From a virus (lineage: Duplodnaviria > Caudoviricetes): a DNA stretch of 64,000 bases. A model generated the notes under the pieces. The model was given only the letters and a program-made list of their open reading frames with translations, ran no database searches and was not told the DNA's origin. This document shows positions 36,834 to 46,255 of this stretch, piece after piece; position 1 is the stretch's first letter; each line of letters begins with the position of its first letter. The stretch spans positions 485 to 64,484 of the IMG/VR virus record IMGVR_UViG_3300018481_000023, one strand, 5' to 3'. A program made the translations under genes and the position numbers.

Positions 36834-36857
36834 CCTATTAATTGTGGCCTCCTTGTA

Positions 36858-37580
36858 CTATGTTGCTAGGTTCATGTTGTATCCGCCGCCACTATCAATG
36901 GGGCTTCCGCCTGAGGTTCCATAGCCCCCACCGCTGTACGACCCGCTGCCCCCAGCCGCAGTTGACTTTTTACCCCAGTAGAGCCTACGCTCATTGGCTA
37001 CAGCCCCCGTGACATAAGAGAAGAAGTTATCCGTGGGGTCAAGCTGGAGTTGGTCAGCGTGGCAGCGCGTGCGGTACGGAGCGCGAGAGTAACGCCCAGC
37101 CAGGGAATCAAGGACTATCTCCAGCTTGGCAATAACCTCCTGGTTGGGGTTCGAGATATCTGCCTGTTCATCGATGAGGCGGCAGTAGTTAATTTTCAGT
37201 GCTGCCATGGGCATAACCATATTGATCTGCTGCTGCTCTGGGTAACCGAAGCCAAAAGCTATGTCCACACGCCTTTGCTGATGGAGATAACCCATAATGT
37301 CACGAAGGACTCTAGCGGGATCCTGAATCCCAGCCTGCGTCATTCTGTTACCGTCCAAGATGAGTGTGATGGGCTCAGCCGACAGATCTCGTCCTGAACG
37401 AATCTCGACCCCAGCGGCTAATGGCTGCGCGCCAATCCATGTGTACGTACCATCGAATTTGTTCATGATGTCGTCACAGAACCGGTAGGTACCCTGATCG
37501 AGCCAGAAGGTCATAAGGACGTTTAGCTTCAGGCTAGCTGCCCGAAGAAGATCCTTTTGTGCCTGGGTAAATTGTCGCAT
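36858..37580 (-). CDS. baseplate hub / minor tail protein
   Basis: TYTWIG, HADQLQLDPTDNFFSYV...YWG; position after Dit. Confidence 0.72.
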   Translation of the reverse strand: MRQFTQAQKDLLRAASLKLNVLMTFWLDQGTYRFCDDIMNKFDGTYTWIGAQPLAAGVEIRSGRDLSAEPITLILDGNRMTQAGIQDPARVLRDIMGYLHQQRRVDIAFGFGYPEQQQINMVMPMAALKINYCRLIDEQADISNPNQEVIAKLEIVLDSLAGRYSRAPYRTRCHADQLQLDPTDNFFSYVTGAVANERRLYWGKKSTAAGGSGSYSGGGYGTSGGSPIDSGGGYNMNLAT

Positions 37581-37584
37581 GATG

Positions 37585-38247
37585 CTAACTCGTTGACCTG
37601 TCCATGAGCTGTATTGCTTTGAAGGTGAAGCTTGGGTAAGTCTCCACAGTATCCTCCTCTTGGTATCCGCCCATCATTTTCATCTGCGCACTTGCCTTGC
37701 GGTAACGGATGTTGACGGGAAGTCCCGTGGTAACATCGGGCCGCGGACGTACATGAACGACGATAGTGTTAGTGCCTGACACCACTCCTCCGGCTACAAC
37801 GCGGTGCAGATACCAGAGCAGGCCTAGCTTGTAGGAGATGTAGTCTCCCATGGTGACGATAGCGCCTGTTGCCATCCGGTCGAGGGTGAGAGTGCCGACA
37901 TTGAATGAAACGGCAGTAACTCGCGGAGCACTTTGACCCGCGAGGGTCCAGGGGTCAGCAGCCACAGTGAGATGCTGATAAGCACGAGGCATAATACGGC
38001 GAGGATCGTACGCAAGGAAGGACTCCATTGAACCTTCGAGTTTCATGAGGAACGCGATAGACTCGTCGTAGCGGTCATCGCGCAGTGGAGGGGTTGAATA
38101 TTCTGCAACCCAAACAGGAGTACCACGTTCGATCGTCTGGATCATGCCGCCTCCACCAGGAGAAATCTGTTGGAAGCGTCCAAGCTCAAACTTCTTAGAC
38201 GTGAATCCCATCACCAGTGGGATCTCTAGGGGAGCATTAAGAGCCAT
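37585..38247 (-). CDS. distal tail protein
   Basis: Follows TMP; W.AEYSTPPL, LEGS..SFLAYDP, GDYIS. Confidence 0.72.
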   Translation of the reverse strand: MALNAPLEIPLVMGFTSKKFELGRFQQISPGGGGMIQTIERGTPVWVAEYSTPPLRDDRYDESIAFLMKLEGSMESFLAYDPRRIMPRAYQHLTVAADPWTLAGQSAPRVTAVSFNVGTLTLDRMATGAIVTMGDYISYKLGLLWYLHRVVAGGVVSGTNTIVVHVRPRPDVTTGLPVNIRYRKASAQMKMMGGYQEEDTVETYPSFTFKAIQLMDRSTS

Positions 38248-38248
38248 A

Positions 38249-41200
38249 CTACTGCCTTAGCCTCTGTCTGTTCTCCCTTGTGCGGGAATCGATGATGTAG
38301 GGAAGATGAGAGCGTATGCGTTCATCACGTGCAGCCATCTCTGCCCTAAGCTGTTTAATAGCGTCCTCGGTAGCTCCACGTGCATCGATCTGGGTGGACA
38401 TGTCGTAGACAGTAGGCCCGCCCTTTGAACGTTTGTCTTGCCCGATGAAGCCTGAGGTACCTGGAATGAAGACTTCGTCTCCAGCGCCTTGTTCACGTAC
38501 CTGATATGCCCAGCCTTTGGTGACCGGCCCACCCATTGCACGTCCAGGCATCGTGGTGATGTTGTCGGTATAGGTGGCGCTCGTCATGGTAGTAGACCCA
38601 CCAAACATTTGTCCGCCGTACATACCTACTATCTGGCCTGCAGATTGGACGACGGCTCCTGCTATCGTAGCCCAGATGCTCTGGCCTCCACCTGACAGCA
38701 TAGCACCGATGCTATTGAGGATACCTGCTGCCCCCTGAGCGAAGGCCTCCAACCCTATCTTGGACTTCTCGGTAGCTGTTCTCATGTCCCTCAGGCTGAG
38801 AGTCATATCATCTTCTACGGTGGTGCTGAGGGTCTCAAAGGAAGTGGTGACTCCACCGGAAGTCCCGGCTGCTAAGGCCATAGTCTGTAGGGAAGTTGCA
38901 GCTAAGGTAGCAGCAGTGGCCAAGGAGGTAACGGCTATACTGGCCGAACTTGAAGCCGCGGCGGCCACAGAAGCGCCAGCCTGTGCGTTTACATCTACTC
39001 CGCCTTCCTTACCTCCACCGAACAGGCCTCCGAAGGTCGTATCGGATAGTCTACCCAAGGCCTTCTCGGTGATGTTGTGCATTATGTCTAGGGCGACGTC
39101 CTTGATAGCTTCGCCGAAGGACTTCGTCCCATCGGCTAGTGCCATTAGGTTGTCGTACAGGGAGTTGAAGGCGTTGTCCCAGGTATCCTTCATGTCGGCG
39201 ATATGCGCCTTCGTCTTGTCAATTGCCACGGTATAGGCATCTTGCGCAGTCAGCAGACGTGCATAGTCGGCAACCATCTTCTCGACGTCTACGTTCGACC
39301 CAGGAACCGCGGCAACAATTTCAGTGTCCTTACGGAAGGCCTGGATCTTCCTGGCCATCTCCAACTGCTTCTCGGCGGCCCTACCAACATTCTCGCCCTT
39401 GCCGTATGCGTCGAGGAGAACCTTAGACTCGTAGATACTGGTAGAGAGTTCCTCTGCGGCCTTCTTCATATCCTTGAAGGCTTCTATCGCACTCTTCGTA
39501 TTGGCCAGCGCCAGGTTAAATTGAGTCAGGCGTTCTTCTGCTGTACCGGTAGTAAACCCAAACGCTGCCATCTTCCTTTCGAGAGCCGCTAGAGCGTCCT
39601 GCCCTGCTTGACCCATCTTGGCAAAATCGGCTAGTGTCTCCTTAGCCTGGTTGAGAGCCTCGATGCCCTGCATCTTGTCAGGATCGCCTCCACCCAGCAA
39701 GTGGTCGAGAATACTTTGTTCACCTGCCATCTCACGGGCCATGCCCTCAATTTCTTCGACCACGCTACGATACTTCTGGACGGCATCAGTTGCCTCGTTA
39801 GTCTTGAGGATAATACCGGAGACTGCCTGCTCAATGTTCGTGGTATCAACGCCTGCAGCTTGCAAAGCGGTACGGAAGGCGGCGAGCTCTTCACCCGACA
39901 TGCCTTGGAGAAGTTCACGTGCCTCCATGATAGCGTCGACGGATTCAAAGCTCAGATCCTGGTTGAATAGAAGATCCATGGCGGAGTAGGCGTTCTCAAG
40001 GGCGTCCATAAGCTCCCGGACAGCCTCCGCCGCACGCTCTGCAGCCTTCTTAGCCTTATCAGCTCCGTCTCCAGATTCAAGGGGAGCCATCGGGTTCGGT
40101 GCTGCGCCTGGCAGATCGAAGCCCTTCTGCAACTCGAAGTAATTCCTGAGAGCCGCTGCGGATTCTTGTTGAGCTGTACCTAGTCTTCCCCGAGCACCTT
40201 GTTCACGTCCCTGACGGAAGGACTCAGGAGATACGGCACGTCCGTGGCGCGCAGCGCCGCCAGATCCTAAGACGTCTCCAAGGCTGACTCGACCAGCATA
40301 GTAGAGTTCACTCTTAGCCTGTTCAATACGCGCAGCTGCCCCTGCCACCTCGAGAGCCGCCTTCTGGAGCATCAGCTTGTGGGTTACGTCACTGACTCGA
40401 TAGCCTAATTCCTTCTGCTGGTTAATGTATTCCTTGATGGCAGAGTTGTTCGCCATGGAGTCGTTGGCGCCACTGACTGCTCCCTCAAGGGCCTTATAGC
40501 CGAAGATAGCTCCGGCAATCGCAGTGACGATGAGACTGAGTACCGTCAGGAGACGTCCCCACGGAGTGACAGCCATCACAGCGTACAATGTCATCTGTGC
40601 CGCAGTTAAAGAGACTGTTGCCGCTCGGACAACTGAAAGTGCAGTGCCTATGGCTCCCCAAGCCGTTGCAAGTCCTGCCAATACAGTGGGGGCAATCATT
40701 GCAAGACCCAGTGCGACCATGGCTCCGACAAGGGCGCCGATGTACTGAATAACCTGCGGCATAGAGGACGCTAGGCCATTGAGTGCTCCTGTTACCGCTT
40801 TGAGAAGACCGATCCACGCGTCGGTAATTCCAAATGCTTCGTCCGCAGCCTGCCCAAAGAACAACCAGGAATTGGACAGACGATTCATGTTTGCCTGCAG
40901 GGTTTCGACGTTCTTCGAAGTATCCAACCCGAAGGCAATTTTGACCTGCTCGGCAAACTTGGGCAAGAAGTCGGCGGAGAGAAGTTTCCCCTCCTTCATC
41001 ATCTTGTTCAGTTCCGCTGTGGTTTTACCCATAGCAACAGCGGCAATGGAGAAAGCACCTGGCAGACGATCACCCAACTGGCCTCGAAGTTCCTCGGCCT
41101 GCACAGTGCCCTTGGACATCATCTGGTCGAGAGCCCTGAAGACACCTTGGGCATCTTCTGCCGACAGTGCCAGCGTGCCCGATGCCTGGGCGAAGGTTTG

Positions 41201-42313
41201 GAAGATGTCATTGGTTTGCTTGGCGGTATAGCCTGCAGCTTTACCAGATGCGGATAGACGCATGTAGGAACTAGCAATAGACTCAACCGAGAGACCTGTT
41301 CGATCGGCTGTCTGCCTGACGTTCTGGAGAGCTGCCTCTGCTGCAACGGTGCTACCCTCCACAGCTGTGAGGGCATAGGTCATCTTCTCGAGGACAAGAC
41401 GGCTCTTAATAGCAGCTTGACCCATCGTAGTGAGAGCGGCACCAAACCCAATAACACCTGCAGCGGCTAGGCCAAACGCAAGGCCGTTGTTCTTGACGAT
41501 AGTTGAGAGGGCATACATGCGGGTGGACATACCACCTAAGTGGCCCTGCATCACCAACGCAGCTGCGCCTAGAGACTGAAACCCCTCACGCCACGCACCG
41601 AGTCCACCTGCAGAGGGCATGCCTCCCATATCTTGGAAACGACGCCTAACGTCGTTAATCGCCACCTCCCACTGACGCTTCCAAGCTTGCGCCTGCGCAT
41701 TGGTGGCGCCAGGAGCACTAAGCTGTGTCCGGAGACGTTGAGTAGCCCTCTCAATCTCATCCGTCAGCCCGGAACGCGTAGCTCCTCCAGCAACACCAAG
41801 ACCCCCAACCTTCGATCTGTCGATGGCGCGGGAAAGATTCTCTGCAGCTTGGTGTGCCCGATGGAGCATTGCCACCTGGCGCTCAGTAGATGACTCCGCT
41901 GCACGAGCCCCTCGTACCATCTCACCGTAGGTGCGGTTGACGTTGTTGGCCATCTGGCCAAAGGCTTGAGAAGCACGGTCGATCTTCGTAGGATCAAGAC
42001 CAGCTGCAGTAGAGGTTACACGTCGAGATAATTGCTCGTACGCCTGGTTGAGCTGGTTGATCATCCCCATCTTGACAGTGGGAGATAGAGACGAGGAGTT
42101 AATCTTCTCCTGAATGCCTCGGACCTTTTCCAGCCCTTGCAACAGGGTATTCTCTTGACGTCGTAGGGTAGCAATAGAGGTAGCGAAGCCACGGTTAGCT
42201 GCGGTCTGTGCCCCTTGGACTGTGCGTCCAAAGGATTCCACACGAGACATGGCAGCAGTAAGGCCGCTTGTATCGACGCCAATCCCGAACTGGAGTGTAC
42301 CCAGGTTTAACAT
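38249..42313 (-). CDS. tape measure protein
   Basis: 1354 aa Ala-rich helical; ALDQMMSKGTVQAEELRGQLGDRLPGA tape-measure domain; GRAMGGPV...E.G..EVFIP C-terminus. Confidence 0.93.
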   Translation of the reverse strand: MLNLGTLQFGIGVDTSGLTAAMSRVESFGRTVQGAQTAANRGFATSIATLRRQENTLLQGLEKVRGIQEKINSSSLSPTVKMGMINQLNQAYEQLSRRVTSTAAGLDPTKIDRASQAFGQMANNVNRTYGEMVRGARAAESSTERQVAMLHRAHQAAENLSRAIDRSKVGGLGVAGGATRSGLTDEIERATQRLRTQLSAPGATNAQAQAWKRQWEVAINDVRRRFQDMGGMPSAGGLGAWREGFQSLGAAALVMQGHLGGMSTRMYALSTIVKNNGLAFGLAAAGVIGFGAALTTMGQAAIKSRLVLEKMTYALTAVEGSTVAAEAALQNVRQTADRTGLSVESIASSYMRLSASGKAAGYTAKQTNDIFQTFAQASGTLALSAEDAQGVFRALDQMMSKGTVQAEELRGQLGDRLPGAFSIAAVAMGKTTAELNKMMKEGKLLSADFLPKFAEQVKIAFGLDTSKNVETLQANMNRLSNSWLFFGQAADEAFGITDAWIGLLKAVTGALNGLASSMPQVIQYIGALVGAMVALGLAMIAPTVLAGLATAWGAIGTALSVVRAATVSLTAAQMTLYAVMAVTPWGRLLTVLSLIVTAIAGAIFGYKALEGAVSGANDSMANNSAIKEYINQQKELGYRVSDVTHKLMLQKAALEVAGAAARIEQAKSELYYAGRVSLGDVLGSGGAARHGRAVSPESFRQGREQGARGRLGTAQQESAAALRNYFELQKGFDLPGAAPNPMAPLESGDGADKAKKAAERAAEAVRELMDALENAYSAMDLLFNQDLSFESVDAIMEARELLQGMSGEELAAFRTALQAAGVDTTNIEQAVSGIILKTNEATDAVQKYRSVVEEIEGMAREMAGEQSILDHLLGGGDPDKMQGIEALNQAKETLADFAKMGQAGQDALAALERKMAAFGFTTGTAEERLTQFNLALANTKSAIEAFKDMKKAAEELSTSIYESKVLLDAYGKGENVGRAAEKQLEMARKIQAFRKDTEIVAAVPGSNVDVEKMVADYARLLTAQDAYTVAIDKTKAHIADMKDTWDNAFNSLYDNLMALADGTKSFGEAIKDVALDIMHNITEKALGRLSDTTFGGLFGGGKEGGVDVNAQAGASVAAAASSSASIAVTSLATAATLAATSLQTMALAAGTSGGVTTSFETLSTTVEDDMTLSLRDMRTATEKSKIGLEAFAQGAAGILNSIGAMLSGGGQSIWATIAGAVVQSAGQIVGMYGGQMFGGSTTMTSATYTDNITTMPGRAMGGPVTKGWAYQVREQGAGDEVFIPGTSGFIGQDKRSKGGPTVYDMSTQIDARGATEDAIKQLRAEMAARDERIRSHLPYIIDSRTRENRQRLRQ

Positions 42314-42350
42314 CTACAGGCGGCCCTCTCTACTGCCTTTACTGCCCTGA

Positions 42351-42542
42351 CTAGTCGTGGATAACGCGCATCCCTCGTTTGACCTTTGGAGGAGCAGGCA
42401 TTGAACTCTTCATCTGCTCGTTCCTTAGTCGGAAGAATGCTGCCCACCTGACTATATCTTCAAGTGGCCAGTGGGCTACGTCCTCCTCAGCCTTCCCCAG
42501 CTCCACCGCTATCGACATCGTCAGCACTCTCAGATAGTCCAT
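42351..42542 (-). CDS. tail assembly chaperone, downstream (T-like) portion
   Basis: IAVELGKAEEDV...IVRWAAFFRL; lies between TAC and TMP, overlapping TAC in the +1 frame. Confidence 0.65.
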   Translation of the reverse strand: MDYLRVLTMSIAVELGKAEEDVAHWPLEDIVRWAAFFRLRNEQMKSSMPAPPKVKRGMRVIHD

Positions 42543-42966
42543 CCTTAGGACTTTTCATGGCATTCTTCACCTGCTTTTCCAGAGCCTCCGTATCCACTCC
42601 GAGGAGCTTGTTGCAGGCACCGTATAGACGTTGAAGGTCGGGGCCCATGGGGATCTCACGAATAGAGTCCTCATCGGCAACCTCGAACACCTTCTCTTCT
42701 GTTCCGGGAACAAAGGCGAAGTTCAGGAGCATCTGAACCGACGCTTCTTCGATAGACGCATTCCGGGCTTCAAGCATAACACCGAGTGACGGCTGGCGAA
42801 GTTCAACCCGCGTGCCGAAGAAGTCGATAGTTTCCTTTTCGGGCTTGGCACCGAAGATTTTGGCGCGCATGGCGTCGCGTGAGAGGGGAACCTGCGCGGC
42901 TTGGGTAGCCTCGGCTGATCCCAGCTTGGCGTCTACTTTGGCTTCTGCTACTTTCGTCCCTGACAT
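42487..42966 (-). CDS. tail assembly chaperone (G-like)
   Basis: AGGAGG RBS before ATG 42966; VELRQPS, FVPGTEEKVF...D. Confidence 0.75.
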   Translation of the reverse strand: MSGTKVAEAKVDAKLGSAEATQAAQVPLSRDAMRAKIFGAKPEKETIDFFGTRVELRQPSLGVMLEARNASIEEASVQMLLNFAFVPGTEEKVFEVADEDSIREIPMGPDLQRLYGACNKLLGVDTEALEKQVKNAMKSPKDGLSESADDVDSGGAGEG

Positions 42967-43069
42967 TTTGGCCTCCTGTCTGGGTGGTTGTGAGTGCCCG
43001 GCGGGTTTTGCTGGCTCAAGAGTGGCCAAACGGCCCGCCGGACGAGCGGATAAGCGTTACTCGATTAAC

Positions 43070-44104
43070 CTATGGTACCACTGCCGGAGATCCCGAGCCG
43101 CGGAGGCTGAACCTGAATTCGTTCAGGCCTTCCAGCGTGTTGGCGAGGGTGGCCTCCGTGACAATGCAGTCACCCACGTAGCCGGTGACTCCATCAGGAA
43201 GATACTGCACCTTGATGGGGAGAGCAGTCTGCCATGCCCCCAGGCATTTCTTGATGGCAGTGTTGAGGGTCGAGCCGGCGCTGAGATACCAGCCGAACGG
43301 ACGTTCGACAAGGTTCCCGTCGGGCACGAAGAGGTTTAGAGTGAGGGTACTTTCCTCTAGTGCCCCGACATCACCTGACTGGCCGAAGTTCGAACGCTTG
43401 AAGAACCCACGGAAGAGGGTATCAGGTGTATTAGCCGGCGAAATCTCCACGTACATAATGGAGCGGCTAGCAAGAGCAGCCTGAAGGCCTAGAGACTCGT
43501 TGTAGATGCCTCCGATTTCGAGGCCCACAGTGCGAAGGCCGATAATGAACGTACGCCAGCCACCATTGGACTGTGCCGTCTCATAGTCGGTCGTATCGAT
43601 TTCGGCCGCTGTTTGCGTGAGCGTGAAGTTCCGACTCTTGCCGATAACAGTGGTCGGAACATAACTGCCAGTGAGTGCGACGGCGCCGAGTACCGTATAG
43701 GTGGGCTTGAAGGTCACCGAACCATTCAGGTAGTCGACTGATAGCACCTGAACGGTAACATCAGTCGCGCCGTCCTTCACGATGAGAGGCGTGTTATAGT
43801 CGATCATGCGCTTGGCTGTGGCAACGACCTGGTAGGTTTTACCCGTTACCAGCGCCGTTGGTTCGGAGGTCATAGCAATAGGGGTACCGCCCTGCTTCAG
43901 GGTGGCAATGTAACCGGCGACACCTTTGTAGAAGGAGTTAGCCGTAATCATCCACTGACCAATGCTCATGTCTTCGGACTGGAAATCCTGTCCGAAGATG
44001 GTGTCATTGACAGCGGCCATTTCACGACGCATATCACCGGTATTGCCGGGAAGCGTATAATAGGTGGTGCCATTATCGTCCGAGATGCGAATACGCTTGG
44101 CCAT
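43070..44104 (-). CDS. major tail protein
   Basis: 344 aa; EIDTTDY...GWRTFIIGLR, FSLRGSG; position before TAC. Confidence 0.82.
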   Translation of the reverse strand: MAKRIRISDDNGTTYYTLPGNTGDMRREMAAVNDTIFGQDFQSEDMSIGQWMITANSFYKGVAGYIATLKQGGTPIAMTSEPTALVTGKTYQVVATAKRMIDYNTPLIVKDGATDVTVQVLSVDYLNGSVTFKPTYTVLGAVALTGSYVPTTVIGKSRNFTLTQTAAEIDTTDYETAQSNGGWRTFIIGLRTVGLEIGGIYNESLGLQAALASRSIMYVEISPANTPDTLFRGFFKRSNFGQSGDVGALEESTLTLNLFVPDGNLVERPFGWYLSAGSTLNTAIKKCLGAWQTALPIKVQYLPDGVTGYVGDCIVTEATLANTLEGLNEFRFSLRGSGSPAVVP

Positions 44105-44118
44105 CGTCCCGTTCCTTT

Positions 44119-44541
44119 CTAGAGATCCCTATGCCCCTCAGGGGGTTTGGAGATGATGAGGTTGAAATTCACCGACCACACGGGAAGATCTTCCTCGTCA
44201 TACCCAACAAATATGGGCTGGGTAACTGCTACTGCCGAAGTGAGCTCTGGATATGCTGGAGGCTCAGAGGGGATTGCCTGCAGAATCTGCCATATCTCTT
44301 CGGCCTTTGCCCGTGCGACAATGTAGTTTTGCGGCATCGACCGGATAAGTATTTGCATACTCGGGTAGTCGATGGCAATGCGTACTTCTGGCTGCCGTCC
44401 CCCGGTGACCTTGACCAGTATACACTGATTGGTCTGATCGGGAAAGGTAGCTTCGAAGATTGGCCATAGTCCAGGGGAAGGAGCTGCTACACCCGCACCT
44501 TCTGCGACTAGGATCGCGGTGACGCCTTCTTCTGGACTCAT
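44119..44541 (-). CDS. tail terminator / tail completion protein
   Basis: TGGRQP, DYPSMQILIRS, VGYDE...WSVNF. Confidence 0.75.
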   Translation of the reverse strand: MSPEEGVTAILVAEGAGVAAPSPGLWPIFEATFPDQTNQCILVKVTGGRQPEVRIAIDYPSMQILIRSMPQNYIVARAKAEEIWQILQAIPSEPPAYPELTSAVAVTQPIFVGYDEEDLPVWSVNFNLIISKPPEGHRDL

Positions 44542-45008
44542 GTGCCTGCCCACTCCCTAATCATACGGGGAATGGAATTGAGGATGGTGTAGTAATCCTC
44601 ATCGACCGCAGCCCGAAGGAATTGAGAACGAGTGGGAGGCTGCCGTGGAATGGGCATTTCGTGGACGAAGACCGCATAGTGTGGATGTCCTCCACGACCG
44701 AAACCAATCTCTACCTCGGATCGTCCGCGAAAGCGACGTGCTTCGAGATAGGCTGATTTACGGAGATCGCCCGTATCAATTGGGCAATACTCTATTGCCT
44801 TGCCTAGAGTAGGCTCAAGGGCTTCGACAAGAATCGCGGGGGAGACCGCATCTAGTTCGTCGATAAATGCCTTCAGGTTGCCGAGTACGTCGCGCATAGA
44901 GGCTTGGAACTGTTGATTAAGAGCCTGCCTCGAAGCAGAAGAAGACATCGTGGCCTTTATCTGCTTGTGCCCCATAAAGGACGATATGCGGGTACCCGAC
45001 GCGGCCAT
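44538..45008 (-). CDS. neck protein (HK97 gp10-like)
   Basis: CPIDTGDLRKS, YAVFVHE, QFLRAA. Confidence 0.78.
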   Translation of the reverse strand: MAASGTRISSFMGHKQIKATMSSSASRQALNQQFQASMRDVLGNLKAFIDELDAVSPAILVEALEPTLGKAIEYCPIDTGDLRKSAYLEARRFRGRSEVEIGFGRGGHPHYAVFVHEMPIPRQPPTRSQFLRAAVDEDYYTILNSIPRMIREWAGT

Positions 45009-45340
45009 TACAACACCGCCTTCCGATCGGCGGATACATTCCGCAGGTCAGGGATATGTTGAAAGGCTTGAATGGGAGCAGCCCTATCCGGTAGGAGGGT
45101 TGGGTTCTGCGCAGCAGTGACGTCACCTAACGCAAGGTATCCGTCGACGGCTAGATCACGGTCACAATAGACGATGGCCGCGGAGACAATGGCTTCACCA
45201 CCAATTGTGGTTACTTCCTCGTTCCTGTCTTCCCAGCGGCCTTTGATGATGATAGGGGGAGCATAGGTTTGCTGGCCGTACTGATCCTCACCAGTTGGGG
45301 CCCAGTAGGTGATGTCTTGAGGTAGTCCGAACTCTCGCAT
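45008..45340 (-). CDS. head-closure / stopper protein
   Basis: TYWAPTGEDQYG...P...KGRWED. Confidence 0.72.
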   Translation of the reverse strand: MREFGLPQDITYWAPTGEDQYGQQTYAPPIIIKGRWEDRNEEVTTIGGEAIVSAAIVYCDRDLAVDGYLALGDVTAAQNPTLLPDRAAPIQAFQHIPDLRNVSADRKAVL

Positions 45341-45342
45341 GT

Positions 45343-45711
45343 CTATACCAACCTGAACTCTGCCTTTTTCGAAGCACTCCCCATCACCTTTTCCAGTTCG
45401 CCGGTAGAATCAAAATCTATGACCTGCTGGCCGAACCGTGTACCAGCAAGTCCATTCCCTTCGAACTTGGCGTAGGTAAGAGAAGCATCACCTCTGGTTT
45501 CCCCAGTATGCCCGCCCTTCTCTTCCGCCAATACCCAAAGATGCGCCGCCAGGTACTTTTCAATGAGCTTGAGGCGCTCATTCGTTAGACCTGAATCTGT
45601 GCCCAGGGTTTCGTCAACGAGCAAATGTGCGTCGTCGATATACGGGGTTAGCAGTTCGCCTTCCGCCGCCTCAACGAGTAACCTAAGCTCGCTATCCGCA
45701 ACCCTGGACAC
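45343..45711 (-). CDS. head-tail adaptor protein
   Basis: IEKYLAAH, GDASLTY, L.GTRFGQ...D.TG.L. Confidence 0.75.
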   Translation of the reverse strand: MSRVADSELRLLVEAAEGELLTPYIDDAHLLVDETLGTDSGLTNERLKLIEKYLAAHLWVLAEEKGGHTGETRGDASLTYAKFEGNGLAGTRFGQQVIDFDSTGELEKVMGSASKKAEFRLV

Positions 45712-45725
45712 ATCTCACCCCCGTG

Positions 45726-46226
45726 CTAGTTCCGCTTGGGCTGATCAGCCGCCTTGGAGGCAACAGCAGCTTTACCGGCCGGGCCACGTACCTCGTCCTT
45801 CGGCGCCGGATTTGCATCCGACGTTGGATGAAGCTCCGGCTCATCAGATGGCGAGGCTTTGACGTCATCGCCTTCGGCCGGAGGAGTTTCACCCTCGAGG
45901 CCTTGGGCGCTGCCGATCTTGGCATTGGCTTCGACGATCGTGGTCGTATCCCCGATCGTTTCACCCACAGGCCACGTAGCCACGTCCTCATGAGGAGGGG
46001 CTTCCTCGATGGTTGCGTCGTTGAACGAAGCGGCCTGGTCGGGCGTCAACTCGACCGTGCCGCCACCGGACACGACTTTCACCACGCCCTTGTCGATCAC
46101 CTCGATCTGATACCCTTCCTTTACCGTATAGGTCGAGGTCTCAGCAGGAGCGGCCTGCTCTTCGGCCCCACGGCCTTCTGCACGCGCAGGAGCGGCTGCT
46201 CGGCCTTCGTCTTTGACTTCAGTCAT
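45726..46226 (-). CDS. acidic virion-associated protein
   Basis: AGGAG RBS directly after MCP; GGTVELTPDQAA. Confidence 0.6.
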   Translation of the reverse strand: MTEVKDEGRAAAPARAEGRGAEEQAAPAETSTYTVKEGYQIEVIDKGVVKVVSGGGTVELTPDQAASFNDATIEEAPPHEDVATWPVGETIGDTTTIVEANAKIGSAQGLEGETPPAEGDDVKASPSDEPELHPTSDANPAPKDEVRGPAGKAAVASKAADQPKRN

Positions 46227-46255
46227 TACCTGTCTCCTAGGAGCATACCGGCTCC

